Source of the DNA: Cetorhinus maximus
Taxonomy: Eukaryota
Length of the DNA stretch: 64,000 bases
Direction: 5' to 3'
NCBI RefSeq assembly: GCF_964194155.1
Contig: NC_135904.1
Location: 27,900,001-27,964,000, forward strand
The notes under the pieces were generated by a model. It searched no databases. It saw only the letters and a list, made by a program, of their open reading frames with translations, and was not told where the DNA came from. The translations under genes were made by a program, and so were the position numbers. Shown here piece after piece: positions 37,749 to 49,842 of the stretch. How positions within the stretch are numbered: the first letter of the stretch is position 1; each line of letters starts with the position of its first letter.

Positions 37749-39021
37749 CTGTGGTAGTGAGGGACCTGCGCCTTACCGCTCTCTACCATTCACTCACGGC
37801 AACCAGGCGGCCAGCTTGGCATTAATCTTTTACTCTTCTTGCCTCATGACTTGCTAGTGCTATACGAAGGAAAATGGCGGCATTTCCTTTGCTCCAAGAA
37901 CAGGCAAAGCAGGAAGAACAGTGAAAGGTTCTCGCCCTCTGTCCTCACCCAGGGCTGCGGCCTATTTAATCACACGATTGGAAATGTGCTGAGTCACACT
38001 GCCCCACACTAGAAAACCAAGAATGTGGCTAAAACGCCTTCTAAAAGTGCCCCTATGGATCTGAGTACCATGCAGCCCATGTACTGAGACATCCTGCAAC
38101 TTGACCTTAAGGCACAGTGAGGCAAGGGCTCTCCATGTTGGTCTGTAACTAATTCTGATTAGTGAATTGATCTGATGTCAGGAAGCTTATGATCAGTTTT
38201 ACTGCATGAAACCAGAACGCAAAACGAAAGGGTCCGTTACACGGGGGGAAGAAGCTGTGATTCAGTTATTCTTGGTCAGATCCCAGTCTGCAGCCCAGCG
38301 TTCAGTCCGGAGCGCAAAGCAACTGTGGGTTTGTTGCCGTGATAACTTTTATTGAGGTCCTTGCTCAGTAGGTTTGTAAGATGCAGTGATGCGTAAATAG
38401 GCTCCATAAATCCAAATGCCCTCATTTTGCCTTCTGGACTGTGCTGGAGGGAGGTCTAAAGGTGCCACCTCCGCAGAGGCGCTGACCCCATTTCAAGTGG
38501 CAGGACTGGGGTCGTTGGTACACTTGGGCTTGTCCCTGACAGGGCCCTGAATGTCAGTAAGAGGCAGGAGAAAGAGCCAACAGAAATACTGCCGCACAAG
38601 GCCTCAAATGCCAGAGGATCCACTGGATCTTTTGAGAGGTAATCCATTCCCTCCAAGATCAACGGCCTTCCCCCCCTCCACCCCCCCAACTCCCCCAAGT
38701 GTTTTGGAATCTTTGGAAGGCCATTTGCAGCACACCATGCTTGCTCTCAGCAGACATGGTTCCTTAAAATGGTGAAAGGGGAACAGAATTTCCCGGGGAA
38801 GCCCATGAGTGTCCCATGGTGTCTGGCGGGCTGGGTAGAAGATCGGCCATCGGTCACCATCCACCTTGCCGGGGAGCAGAATCCAAACGGAATTGTTAAT
38901 TTTCACAGCTCCTGCCTGCCCCCAAACTCCAAGCAGGTTATGCACGGAGGTGGACAGAATTTGGGGTCCACGATCTTTAAAAGCCGCTGTTGGATTTGAT
39001 CCAAACCCATGAGCTGGTCTC

Positions 39022-39182
39022 AAACAAAAACAAAAATAGCTGGAAAAACTTCCGTCGAAGAGTCATACGGACTCGAAACGTCAACTGTCTCCCTCTCCGC
39101 AGAGACTGTCAGACCTGCTGAGTTTTCCCAGCTGTTTTTGTTTTTGTTTCGGATTTCCAGCGTCCGCAGGATTTTGCTTTTA
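39022..39182 (+). mobile_element. 161-bp non-coding Penelope-terminus-derived insertion with hammerhead motif
   Basis: 15-bp TSD ccatgagctggtctc (39007-39021) / ccgtgagctggtctc (39183-39197); 29-bp inverted repeat 39022-39050 / 39121-39149; HHR-like core 39050-39086. Confidence 0.85.
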
Positions 39183-39752
39183 CCGTGAGCTGGTCTCGTC
39201 GTCTTTATTCAGAATGTTAATATTTGGCACCTCCAGCATTTACTGGTACTCCGGATATCTCTTGCCAGCGGGAGTTAGAGCTGCAATGCCGGGTTCCTTC
39301 AAAACCTCGACAAACAGCTCTCTCAAAGAGAGCCTTTGTGATGGCAGAGAGCAGGAATGTCAGTGACGATCTGCACATTGTTCACCCTGCTCAAGAATTA
39401 CTTTCGATTCCCCTCCTCAGTTTGGAACGACAATGTTAGGTAACAGGAGGAATGTTTAGCTCTTTCTTGCAGGCGACTGTCAGATATTACTTCCATCTTG
39501 TACTGTTGCCCAGTGAGTACAATCCAATCCCTTGTATACGAGCTAAATTAGAAATTGGTTACATACGTTGTTTAACATTTTCACTTGGGAATAAGATAAA
39601 ACAAACTCTCAGATCTCGTGTAATTCAAGGAAAAAAATACTCTAACCTCTGGAGATTAATGCCATAAAACTCTGATTCCTTATAACTTGGCAAGGTCTGC
39701 TTTCCATCTCCCAGTAGTGTGGGTCTATTAGCATAATTGTGTGTACATGTAT

Positions 39753-39888
39753 NNNNNNNNNNNNNNNNNNNNNNNNNNNNNNNNNNNNNNNNNNNNNNNN
39801 NNNNNNNNNNNNNNNNNNNNNNNNNNNNNNNNNNNNNNNNNNNNNNNNNNNNNNNNNNNNNNNNNNNNNNNNNNNNNNNNNNNNNNNN
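39753..39888. other. Assembly gap (136 N)
   Basis: Run of N adjacent to a GA/GT low-complexity array. Confidence 0.99.
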
Positions 39889-40504
39889 TGAGAGAGAGTG
39901 CATAAGAGAGAGGGAAAGTGTGAGAGTGAGAAATGGGGAGACTGCGTGTGAGAGAGGGGGACAAGGAGTGTGTGGGTGAGAGGGGGGAGGGAGAGTGAGA
40001 GAAAGAGTGACAGTTTTGTGTGGGAGAGTGCATAAGAGAGGGAGAGTGTGTGTGTAAGTGTGAAAATGTGTGTGCAAGTGAGTGAGAGAGAGGAGTGTGC
40101 GAGTGAGTGAGGGGAGTGTAAGAGTGAGTGAGAGGGTGTGCGAGTGAGAGGGAGTGTGTGTGTGAGAGACAGAAGGAGAGTCTGTGAGTGAGAGGGAGCA
40201 TGTGTGCGTGAGTGAATGAGTGAGAGAGTGAGTGAGTGCATTAGTGAGAGAAGGGGAGTGTGAGTGCGAGGCTGTGTGTAAGAGAGAGGGAGTGTTAGTG
40301 AGAGAGAGTTTGAGAGTGAGAGAGAGAGTTTGTGAGAGAGTGAGGGAGAGGGAGAGTGTGTGCGAGTGAGGGAGAGGGAGAGTGTGTGCGAGTAAGAGAT
40401 AGTGTGTGTGGGTGAATGAGAGGGATAGTGTTTGTGTGAGAGAGAAGAGAGCGTGAAAATAAGAGAGAGAGTATGTGCCAGTGAGAGAGAGTGAACATAA
40501 GTGG

Positions 40505-40765
40505 GTTTGTTTTTTATTCACTCATGGGATGTGGGTGTCACTGGCTAGGCCAGCATTTATTACTCATCCCTAATTGCCCTTGTTCAGAGGGCATTTAAGT
40601 GTCAACCACATTGCTTTGGACCTGAAGTCACATGTAGGCCAGACCAGGTAAGGACGGCAGATTTCCTTCCCTAAAGGACATTAGTGACCCAGATTATCGA
40701 CAATGGTTTTTTCAGAGAGGAAGAGTGTGATTTGAACCCGGGTCCCCAGAGCATTACCCAGGGTC
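40505..40765 (-). mobile_element. SINE family B (reverse)
   Basis: ttttttattcactcatgggatgtggg...taattgcccttgttcagagggcattt...gatttgaacccgggtccccagagcattaccc (reverse B box). Confidence 0.88.
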
Positions 40766-40833
40766 AAGGAATATCTACCTTGAAGAAGTATTGCTCTTCT
40801 CTCCGATATTTCACCTCTTTTCTATTTTTCCTT

Positions 40834-40872
40834 AGTTCTGTTGAAGAGTCATACGGACTCGAAACGTTAACT
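40834..40872 (+). ncRNA. Minimal type-I hammerhead-ribozyme-like motif in a Penelope-terminus fragment (~40770-40935)
   Basis: agtt-CTGTTGA-A-GAGTC atacg GACTC-GAAA-CGTT-aact: stem I agtt/aact, 5-bp stem II, palindromic AACGTT. Confidence 0.7.
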
Positions 40873-41353
40873 GTGTTCCTCTCCGCAGATGCTGCCAGAC
40901 CTGCTGAGTTTTTCCAGGTATTTTTGTTCTCTGTAATACTCGTCCAGTGATAGTCCACTCTGCCATCAGAGAGGGAGGGTGAGTGAGACAGAGGGAGAGC
41001 ATGTCTGAGTGAGAAAGAGGGATTGTGTCTGTGTGAGTGCATGAGAGGGAGAGTGCGTGTGAGAGTAAGAGAGATTGCGTGTGAGAGAGGGGGAGTGTGT
41101 AAGAGAGAGAAAGAGCAGTTAAATGAGAGAGAGGGAGAGACTGTGAGTGAGAGTGTGCGTGTGAGAGGAGAGGGAGAGTGTGTGTGAGTGAGTGAGATGG
41201 AGAGTGTGAGTGAGAGAGAGGGAGAGACTGTGAGTGAGTGTGTGCATGTGAGAGAGATGGAGAGTGTGAGTGAGAGAGAGGGAGTTGTGAGTGGTTGAGA
41301 AAGAGGAAGACTGTGTTAGCGAGAGAGAGAGGGAGTGTGTGAGAGTGAGACAG

Positions 41354-42019
41354 AGGGCAGAACTTTACGCCCCATGGACTGGCACGTGCCTGACCCGATC
41401 AGGCATAAAATCGTGCGAGAGGCTGTGGAGTGAGCGTCCCGACATTATCGCGCACTCGGGCGATATTTCGCTCAGCGGACACACGCGGAAGTTGGAAGCG
41501 TGCCCATCGACAATTAAGCACAAGAACAGCGCAATGGTCTGCGATTTTCACAGTCTGTCCATCCTTACGGAAGACGGGTGGGGCAAACTGGCAGCTGGTC
41601 TTTACAGAACCTCATCCAAGGGCAGGGTAAAATCTCCATTAGGAAATAAAATAAAAAGAAATATCTGGGGACAGTATTTTTATGAGGTGTGCTTTCAGGT
41701 TCTTGATCCTGATGTGTGGGCTCTTTTTTTGCAGCTTTTTAAAGCTTTATTTCAGCTCCCAGAGGCGGCTGTCTGCCTTCAGGGGGCTCTCCCGCAGCAC
41801 TCACCCACACCCGTGCCCGCGGTGATGTTATTGCCCGCCCTCTTCTCACCCCTACCCCAGCAGCGCTGAGCTTTACATCATGCGTTTCATGCTGGCACGA
41901 CATTAGTTGGCCAACCAGCGTGAAATCGCAGTCAGGGGCCGATCACGGTTCGGGGTCCATTTCCCAGCCGATCCCGGGCCTGCCGATTGTGCCCACCCGA
42001 TGACCAAACAATTCAGGCC
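41354..42019. mobile_element. ~665-bp Harbinger-type MITE (same family as 54233-54832)
   Basis: Termini gggcagaactttac / aattcaggcc; internal sequence collinear with 54233-54832 (gcgatatttcgctcagc, aacctcatccaaggg, cagcgctgagc). Confidence 0.78.
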
Positions 42020-42285
42020 AGAGAGTGTGTGCGAGTGCCAGAGGGGGAGAGTGTTCGCGAGTGCCAGAGGAGGAGAGTGCGCACGAGTGCCAGAGCGGGA
42101 GAGTGTGCGCGAGTGCCAGAGGGGGAGAGTGCGCGCGAGTGCCAGAGGGGGAGAGTGCGCGCGAGTGCCAGAGGGGGAGAGTGCGCGCGAGTGCCAGAGG
42201 GGGAGAGTGCGTGCGAGTGCCAGAGGGGGAGAGTGTGCGCGAGTGCCAGAGGGGGAGAGTGTGTGCGAGTGCCAGAGTGGGAGCG
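42017..42285 (+). repeat. 26-bp minisatellite, ~10 copies (GAGTGCCAGAGGGGGAGAGTGCGCGC)
   Basis: Directly visible tandem units with few substitutions. Confidence 0.93.
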
Positions 42286-44469
42286 CGAGTGAGAGTGAGG
42301 GAGCGTGGGTGCGAGTGAGAGAGGGGGAGAGTGTGAAAATGAGAAAGCATGTGTAAGTGAGTGTGTGAAAGTGAGAGAGAGAGTGTTTGTTAGCGACAGG
42401 GGAAGTGTGTGTGAGTGAGGGAGAGGGAGTGCGTGTGAGACAGGGAATATGTGTGAGAGTGAGGGAGAGGGAGTGCGTCTGAGGGAAGGACAGGGAGAGT
42501 GTATGTGAGTGAGTTAGTGAGAAGGAATTACACATTCCTAAAATTTGAGGAATGGAAAGACCTATTGTCAAAATGCAAGAAGAGTGAAAAAGTGATGGTT
42601 TTGATTGATCAAATACTGGCAATGCTGAATAATTTAGATGGTTGAGCCTTTCATTCAAGCCATTTTTCTCCCCTTTTCAGCACTTAAGGGTTGAAAATCA
42701 CTGATCTGAGACCTTGGGCAAAGCCTTCAGTTTTGGGTTGTAAAATGGATGGTGGTAGGAGGCCCGGCCATCACATATCCCACCCGATTTTCCTCTCCAC
42801 CGAATTGAATGGAATGGATAATTAAGTGGGGTTTACAACTGACATCCAGTCCGCTACCAGCCATTATATCACCCTCACCTGCTGTCCATGTTGCAAGCTC
42901 CATCTACTATTGTTCCAGCTTCCAAATTCGCTTGGGATCCGAAGTATAAAAATATCAACAGGTTGTCAGGCAAGGGACGGCAATCAAAATCAACCAACAC
43001 GGGTAAAAGGTGCTGGGGCAGCTGTGTCCAGGTCCCTCTGCCCTATGGAGCCGGAGGCGTCGGCCGCCCACCAACACTTGTTGGTTTTCAATGACCAGGA
43101 CCCTCCTTCCGGTAACATCTGCTACAGCAAAACTGCAGAGAATTAGCACTGGCCTCAGGGAGACTGATACTTGGTCCAGTAGGTGTTAATGATGTTGCTG
43201 CCTCTGTGTCTGTTGTACAATATTCAAATGGAACATCACCCCTTCAACGAGGTGCAACAAACAAGGTTGGAAATGGGCCTGAGCGGTGGGGGGGGGCTTT
43301 AATCCAAATGTATTTTAGGGATGTCCCATACCAGTTAAGCCTCTGGACTTGGTTAAAGGCAGACGTACTTGAGCCAGGATTGTACTGACCCGTTGCAGCT
43401 TATCTTCCCCCTCCCAGCGATTGGGGCAAGCCATTTAAATCTCCATTCAGTTCGGCAGGACCGTAAAATCCTGGCCCTGCATTTATATAGCAATTTGGAT
43501 CCTCAGGACATCCTGAAGCGCTTCACGGCCATTTGTAAGGTAACCGCTGTTGTCGAAAGTGCGGCAGCCAAATTTCCAGGTTACGTTCTTGAGCAAGTAC
43601 TCAAATATTCCTATTTCATAGACTTCTCACGCCAGAACATAAATCTTTGAAACCTTAAACGGGCATGAAAAGCCACATTACATTCCCTAACGCCTTGGCA
43701 ATCCCGTGTCAAAGGTAGATATTGCTTTTCAGGCCATTGAATGCGGCGAGGGGATCAGCAGCATCTGGTCTCTCACATGTGGTGAGGGTAAGAGTGCTTG
43801 TACAATGAGAGGAAGTGGGGACATCTGAGAGGGCTTGTGGTTTTTCTGGGTTTGGGAAACGGCTCCTGGCTCCCATTTAGCTTCCTTAAACTGTCTGTCA
43901 TCTGAGATATTCTGAAGCCACGAAACGTAAGGGAGCAAATGCCGTGTTTACATTCACGGTAATGTTGTTTTCTTTCCCCTGTAAGCCATGTTTAGATTCA
44001 CGGAGCCAAAATACTAATTTAGGATTGAAATTATATACAAGTACCACATGTAATTCTTTGTGAAATCTGTGCATTCAGCGCACTTAACATTGAAAAGTTG
44101 TAATATAGTTTCACCTGAAACATGTTAGAAGGCTAATCTTTTGTAAATTAGCAGGAATGACTTTTAGTGAAGCTGTAATTTTTTACAATATAGAGTGCTA
44201 TGCTTGCATACTATGAAATGTTGTCATTAATGCTTAAACAGGCTGTGGATGCAAATTGGCCAACTCTTTCTGTGTGGTTTACATAAATCCTCTTTAAGAA
44301 GTAATTAGCAACCAAGTGTCACTTTGGTTTATCACTCTCACACCAGGCAGGTTTGTCCCAACTCCCTCCCAGTCGAGAAAGCACCAGACAAGCCTTGGAA
44401 ACTAACCCTGAGCAATGGCTTTTGCCAATTGTGTGGGTCTGATATTGGCGTGTCTGGGTACATAGAGTG

Positions 44470-44620
44470 GTGCTTGTGCGTGTACCGAGGGAATTATAGG
44501 ATATGGGGTTAGTGCAGGAAGATTGAGTTGAGGTAGAATATCGGCTATCATCATGTTGACTGGTGGAGCGGGCTCAAAGGGCTTAAAAGCCTATTCCATC
44601 TACTATTTCTTATGCTCTCA
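44470..44620 (+). mobile_element. CR1 3'UTR fragment
   Basis: ggatatgggg...tcggctatcatcatgttgactggtggagcgggctcaaagggc. Confidence 0.7.
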
Positions 44621-45469
44621 TGTGTTTGCGAGAGTGTGTATGTGTGTGCATAGGGTTTCTGACGGTTGAATATTTTGGGCAGGTTTTACGAGTTGGGATA
44701 CAGAGTTGAAGAAGTTTTGCAGAGCTCGGGTGATAGGTTATAGCTTTTCAGGAGGTTGTAGAGGTAATCCAGGGGTTTTGAGTTGGATGGAGAGTTGGAG
44801 GAGGCTGTAGGTGTAATTTGAGGGAGGTTGTAGGGGTATGATGGGGAGAGGCTGTTGGGATGAAGAATTGGAAGCGGTTGCAGAAGTAGGGTGAAGCTAA
44901 GGCATGCGAGGACTTGAAAATGACAAGAATTTTGCAATCAATCCATAGAGTGATAAAGACAACAGGCACAACAGATGAGGTCGACTTAGTACAAAGAGGT
45001 CAGAATGCGGGTGTTTATATGGGTTAAAGCTTGGGTGTCCAACAGAAAGAGCGTTGTAGAGAAATCAAGACGAGGGGTGATAAAGGTGTAGATGAGAGTT
45101 GCAGTGGTACTGGATGTAAGGTGGGATGAAGGCAAAAATTTATGATTGGAAGTATGCAATCTCCATGATTGACAGGATGTGGGTTTTGAAGCACAGATCA
45201 GGGTTGATCATGTCACTGGGATTATGCATGGGTTACGTTCGGCCACAATCAGCTGTCATGGAAAAGAATGCAAAATGGTTCAATGTTTCCGATGAGAACC
45301 AAATAAGATGTTCGGCTTTTAGCTATAGGTAGTTTTCGTTCATTTGTGGCTTGCTGCCCGACAGGCAGTTGGTCAACACAGGCAACAGTAGCAGTGTCAC
45401 CTCTTGTCTTCTTCACTTCCCTCTTCTCTCCTGTTCCATCCTTAACCTGAACCAATCCTTATCAACATT

Positions 45470-45690
45470 GGAGGAGAGGGAAGAGAGGGATAAGGGAAGG
45501 TGCAGAGAGAAAGGAGAGGGAGAGGGACAGAGAGAAAGAGAGAAAGGAAAAGAAAGGAGAGAAAGAAGGGGAGAAAGGAGAGAAAGAGGGTAAGAGAAAG
45601 GAAGGAAAGAAGGGAAGAAAGGAGAGGGAGGGGAAGCTAGGCAGGAGAGTAGAAGAAAAAAGAGAAGGAAAGGGAGGAGTAAGGGGGGTG
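45470..45690 (+). repeat. Polypurine tract (~220 bp, almost only A/G)
   Basis: gaggagaggggaagagagg...gaaggaaagggaggag. Confidence 0.9.
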
Positions 45691-45757
45691 GGGATCAGAG
45701 GAGAATGGGTGATGACGAGGAGTGTGGGTGGGGAGAGAAAAATAAAAAACAGCCAAT

Positions 45758-47539
45758 GGGGCTGAATTTTAACCTGCCTGAGTTGGATGGTATTGGTGCA
45801 CTTGGAAGATTAAAGTAGCAAAAAAATGCCAGTGTGTTGGACAGGAACCCACCCACTTGCTTATTTAACTCTTGCATGTTTGTGCGTGTGCAGGAAACCC
45901 CATGGAATCGGTGGGTTTGTGGTTAATATATGTGGAACTGACAGGCTGGGAAGCCTTTAAATACTAAACTAAGACAGCTGATCCATTGCCTCGACGAAAG
46001 GCTTTTGCTCAAAAGACTGATTCAGAGGGTGTGCTTTCACTGCTTTAGAGGTGATTTCTAAGACTTTGGATGACCTTCCTGCTACGTTAAGACTCTTATG
46101 CCTTTGATCTGCTATTCTCAGCCTTCACAGCAGCATGGGAGCAGTTTATGCAGCTCTTCGTTGGACCTCAGATGAGGAGCAGCAGGAGAAGCAGCCTCAG
46201 GAACACGAGCAGCAGCTTTTCCTTCAGCCGCCTGTCACTCCACTGACAGAGGGGATGGGTCACAGTGTTCCAGCTCACAGGAGATGATACATCAACGCAG
46301 TATAACGACAGAGGATAAGCTTTCTAGACATGAATGAATGCCAGTGCCTCAGACTTCCACTGACGTCTCCTGGAACAAGACCTCCTGTCAAGTGAGCCAA
46401 ATGACCACACACTGCCAATGCCCGCCACAGTCACCACAGCCCTGAATCTCTTTGCCTCCAGTTCCTTCTTGGATCTGATGGTGACATCTGCAGGATTTCA
46501 CAATCTGCTGTACAAAAGTACATCTTGCAGGTGGCCAATGCCATGTGTACCAAAGCCACTATCTACATCCCCTCCACTGCTGATGAAGCCACTCGGGACG
46601 AGAGGGCCATCAGATTAATAACTCCCGGTGGATTCCCACAGATACAGGGAGTCGCCTGGGGAAATCCCATGTCTCTATCGCCAACGGCCATGTATTCCAA
46701 GGTTCTGCTCATCTACAGCGCATCCCCCCCTCCACAGTGGTCAGGGTGGATACGACTGGTGGGCCACGCCCAGTTCTCTGCCTCTCCCTGGTATTACACA
46801 TCCTCTCATCCTGCAAGTGGGAAAAGGAGAGTGTTACGTGTGTGAGAAACAGAAATGTGCTAAGAGGATGGAATGACATTTGTGGAAGGTGGCCGTGAGG
46901 GATGGGTGTGAGATGGCAATAAGCTGAGAGTGAGTGTCCGCGGTGGCTGTTCAGATGGGGATGTGAGGAGGATCTGAGGGAGAGCGAGAGAGGAATGGGT
47001 GGAGCAGGAGATTGTGTTGGTCGAATGAGTGCTGTGCAGGAGAAGGTTGGTGAACTCAATGCCACTCACCTTTCCTGCCCTGATGAGCTCATTGAACCTC
47101 TTTCGGCATTATATCCCTGCACAGACGACCACGTTCCTGCTGCTCACCTCCTCTGCCATTTCCAGCCAGCCGCGCCTGCCTCGTTCCAGAGGCTGGCCTC
47201 TTCCTCTCGTCCGCTGAGAACAAAATTTCTCCGCAAGCCCCGAGACCCCGGGGGCGACTCAGAGGGCTGGGGAGGGGTGGGGGAGTAGCTTTCCCTCTTT
47301 GAGGCACCATCACTCCAGTGGTCGGATGCGCCCATTCTGCCCCTCGCTGGGGTACCTTCAAATACCAAGACCGCGACAGTCAGGCGCGTGTCTCAATCAC
47401 ACTTGCCTGCTCTGACTGGTCGGGAAACCCGGAACCAGGATGCCAATGCCATGGAAAAAACCCTTCCATGAACTTCGGATTCCTGACCCGGTGCCAGCCT
47501 CCCTCGCTGCGAACAACTCCAAACGCTAAAAATCAGCCC
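45758..47539. mobile_element. PIF/Harbinger internal-deletion derivative with HARBI1-like transposase (+) and Myb/SANT (-) remnants
   Basis: TIRs gggctgaatttta / taaaaatcagccc with 3-bp TSD aat. Plus 46135-46655: YRQRISFLDM.ECQCLR...TTALNLFASSSF...GDICRISQSAVQKYILQVANA...GFPQIQGV. Minus 47070-47270: EILFSADERKRPAS...CRKRFNELIRAGK|gtgagt. Confidence 0.88.
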
Positions 47540-48228
47540 AATATAACCTGTCTTAAATGGAATTTAATCGTTTAATAGCGTGGCACTTTTCACTGATAAA
47601 TGCTATAACCTGAGTGAACCCATTCAGTTAAAGTACAGCAAACAAAACAATACAAGATATTTTCTATCATACTTGAAAATGGGCACAATAATCCTAGTCA
47701 AGTGTGGTTACCATGGTGCATCATAAATCAATATGCTAAACTGAACCAAACCAAGCTGAAACAGATAATGAACATTTTCCCTCCAACTGGGCTAAATCAT
47801 AGTGAATAATCCTTAGGGTCAGCAAGTGCAAAGTACTCGCCCTCTCTGAGGCTACAGAGCAAGACTGTGGCAGCATTCCCACTCAAACACTGCTTTATAT
47901 GACTGTGACACACAAAGTAACTGCCACAGAAAATGTCTTTTTGTTATGTTGTTCATGTGCACAATAGATGAGATGCTGAAGAGAGAGAGAGAGAGAGAGA
48001 GAGAGTGCGAAGAGATCTACACAATCCATTTATATTAAAAAATGCAGAACAGGGTCAAGGCAGAAAACGACATTAAAATCACATTAAACCTAACCATGAA
48101 TTGAAGAAATACATTTCTTTTCCAGACCACAAGGTGTGTTTTTGTTCGAAGTTTTCCATCATTCAGTTACGTTATTGCTAAAGCCTTCTTGTCACTGTCA
48201 CCTGCAGCGAGTATAATTACATCCTTAC

Positions 48229-48253
48229 CCACATCAAACACGCCCACATCCAA
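48229..48253 (-). other. Candidate 25-nt micro-exon
   Basis: Minus strand: cctcttttcattgcag|TTGGATGTGGGCGTGTTTGATGTGG|gtaagg. Strong splice consensus on both sides. Confidence 0.3.
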
Positions 48254-49354
48254 CTGCAATGAAAAGAGGTAGCTTTCGCAAAGACCCAGGCAAACAATGT
48301 ACAACATAAAACCACCTGACGTGCGTCTCAAAAAAAAAGATCTGTGTGCCAGGCTAATAAAAATGACAGCTTCCGAACAAAATGACAGTCAAACCTCGGT
48401 CACTGAGGAGACAAGGCCACATTATATGGAAATCTGGGCACAAGGTGCGTTCTTCACAGGGGCCACAGGTCACACGAGGTATCAGTCTTCTGAGGCGATA
48501 ATTTAATGCCACTGCGCTCAGGTTAGTACGTTTCCTTTTATGATCTACTGACTGTGGTACAGGTAGTCTCAGAACAGAGGTGCTTCACTTCCATTAATGC
48601 TTAGACATAGAAAGTAGACGGGGGGGAAAAAGGAATAGATGCCGTGCTAAAATGTTGAATAAGACAGCTATGGGCGAAGAATTATCTTCAGGTTGGGAAG
48701 ATACACAGCAGATTGACACAGCTGTAAATTACTGGACAGGCAGCTGCTAATGAGCCGTCAGGCCTGGAAGGAGACAAGCTAAAACAATAATAAATGATGC
48801 CACATTCAGCTTGAGTCTCTGCAGCAGAATTTACCCTTTTTTCTTAGAATTAAGGAAAGGCTGCGTGCAGAAGCGGAGGCCATTCAGCCCCTCGAGCCCA
48901 TGCTACCTTTCAGTTAGATCATGGCTGCTTTACACCTTAACTCCATCTTTGTTCTGCAACCTTTAATCTTTCGGTCCAGCAAAAACCTATCAATCTCGGT
49001 TTTTGAAATTTTAGTTAACCTCACAACATTTAGCCTGAGTGAATTCACAGAACAGGCCATAGGTTTGGGGAGGCCACAACTTTCTTGGATACTGCCTGCT
49101 CGCGGGAGCGGGACAGTAACTCAGGTTAGATTAAAAATGACTGAGGTACATCTGAAATCCGGATTTAGGAGTGGGGTTAGGGATTTCGGAGTGGGGGTAG
49201 GAATTTAGAAGTGCAGACCACACCCTGAACCCAGTGATTTCGGGCACCGTGAAGGTTACACCAGACATGCCTCTACAGCCTTCACTTTTCCTAGCCATCT
49301 TTCAAAGAGTTGGATAAATTAGTTTCATTGGTATAGATCTCGAATTTGCACAAT

Positions 49355-49842
49355 AGTGATGAGTGCAGCTCTAACAACACTCAAGAAGCATCACACCATC
49401 CAGGACAAAGCAGCCCACTTGATTGGCACCCCTTCCGCAAACATTCACTCCCTCCACCACTGACGAACAGCGGCAGCAGTGTGTACCATCTACAAGATGC
49501 ACTGCAGAAACTCATCAAGGCTCCTTAGACAGCACCTTCCAAACCCACAACCGCTACCGTCTAGAAGGACAAGGGCAGCAGACACATGGGAACACCACCA
49601 CCTGGAAGTTCCCCTCCTAGTCACTCACCATTCTGACTTGGAAATATATCACCGTTCCTTCACTGTTGCTGAGTCAAAATCCTGGAACTCTCTCCACAAC
49701 AGCACTGTGGGTGTACCGACACCACACGGACTGCAGCAGTTCAAGAAGACAGCTCACCACCGCCTTCTCAAGGGCATTTATGGATGGGCAATAAATACTG
49801 GCCTAGCCAGCGACACCCAATCCCGTAAATGAATTTTTTAAA
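49355..49842 (+). mobile_element. LINE family B 3' fragment
   Basis: CTIYKMHCRNSSRLLRQHLPNPQPLPSRRTRAA...SWNSL; ends gggcaataaatactggcctagccagcgac...aaatgaattttt. Confidence 0.9.

Larger units (their letters stand above)
39889..42520 (+). repeat. Cryptic (GA)n/(GT)n low-complexity array interrupted by a SINE, an HHR element and a MITE
   Basis: Continuous gagagagtgtgtg-type sequence at 39889-40500, 40965-41354 and 42285-42520; the long ORFs here are artefacts. Confidence 0.92.

Noticed and set aside
39625-40521. 298/199/157-aa ORFs
   Set aside because: They translate GA/GT low-complexity sequence and span an N gap
41903-42658. Repetitive 100-250 aa ORFs on both strands; CRISPR-like periodicity
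   Set aside because: Produced by a 26-bp tandem minisatellite with no unique spacers; eukaryotic context, no cas genes
45985-46022. Further hammerhead-like motif (ctcgacgaaaggcttttgctcaaaag)
   Set aside because: No GAAA core or stem I; lies inside a Harbinger element
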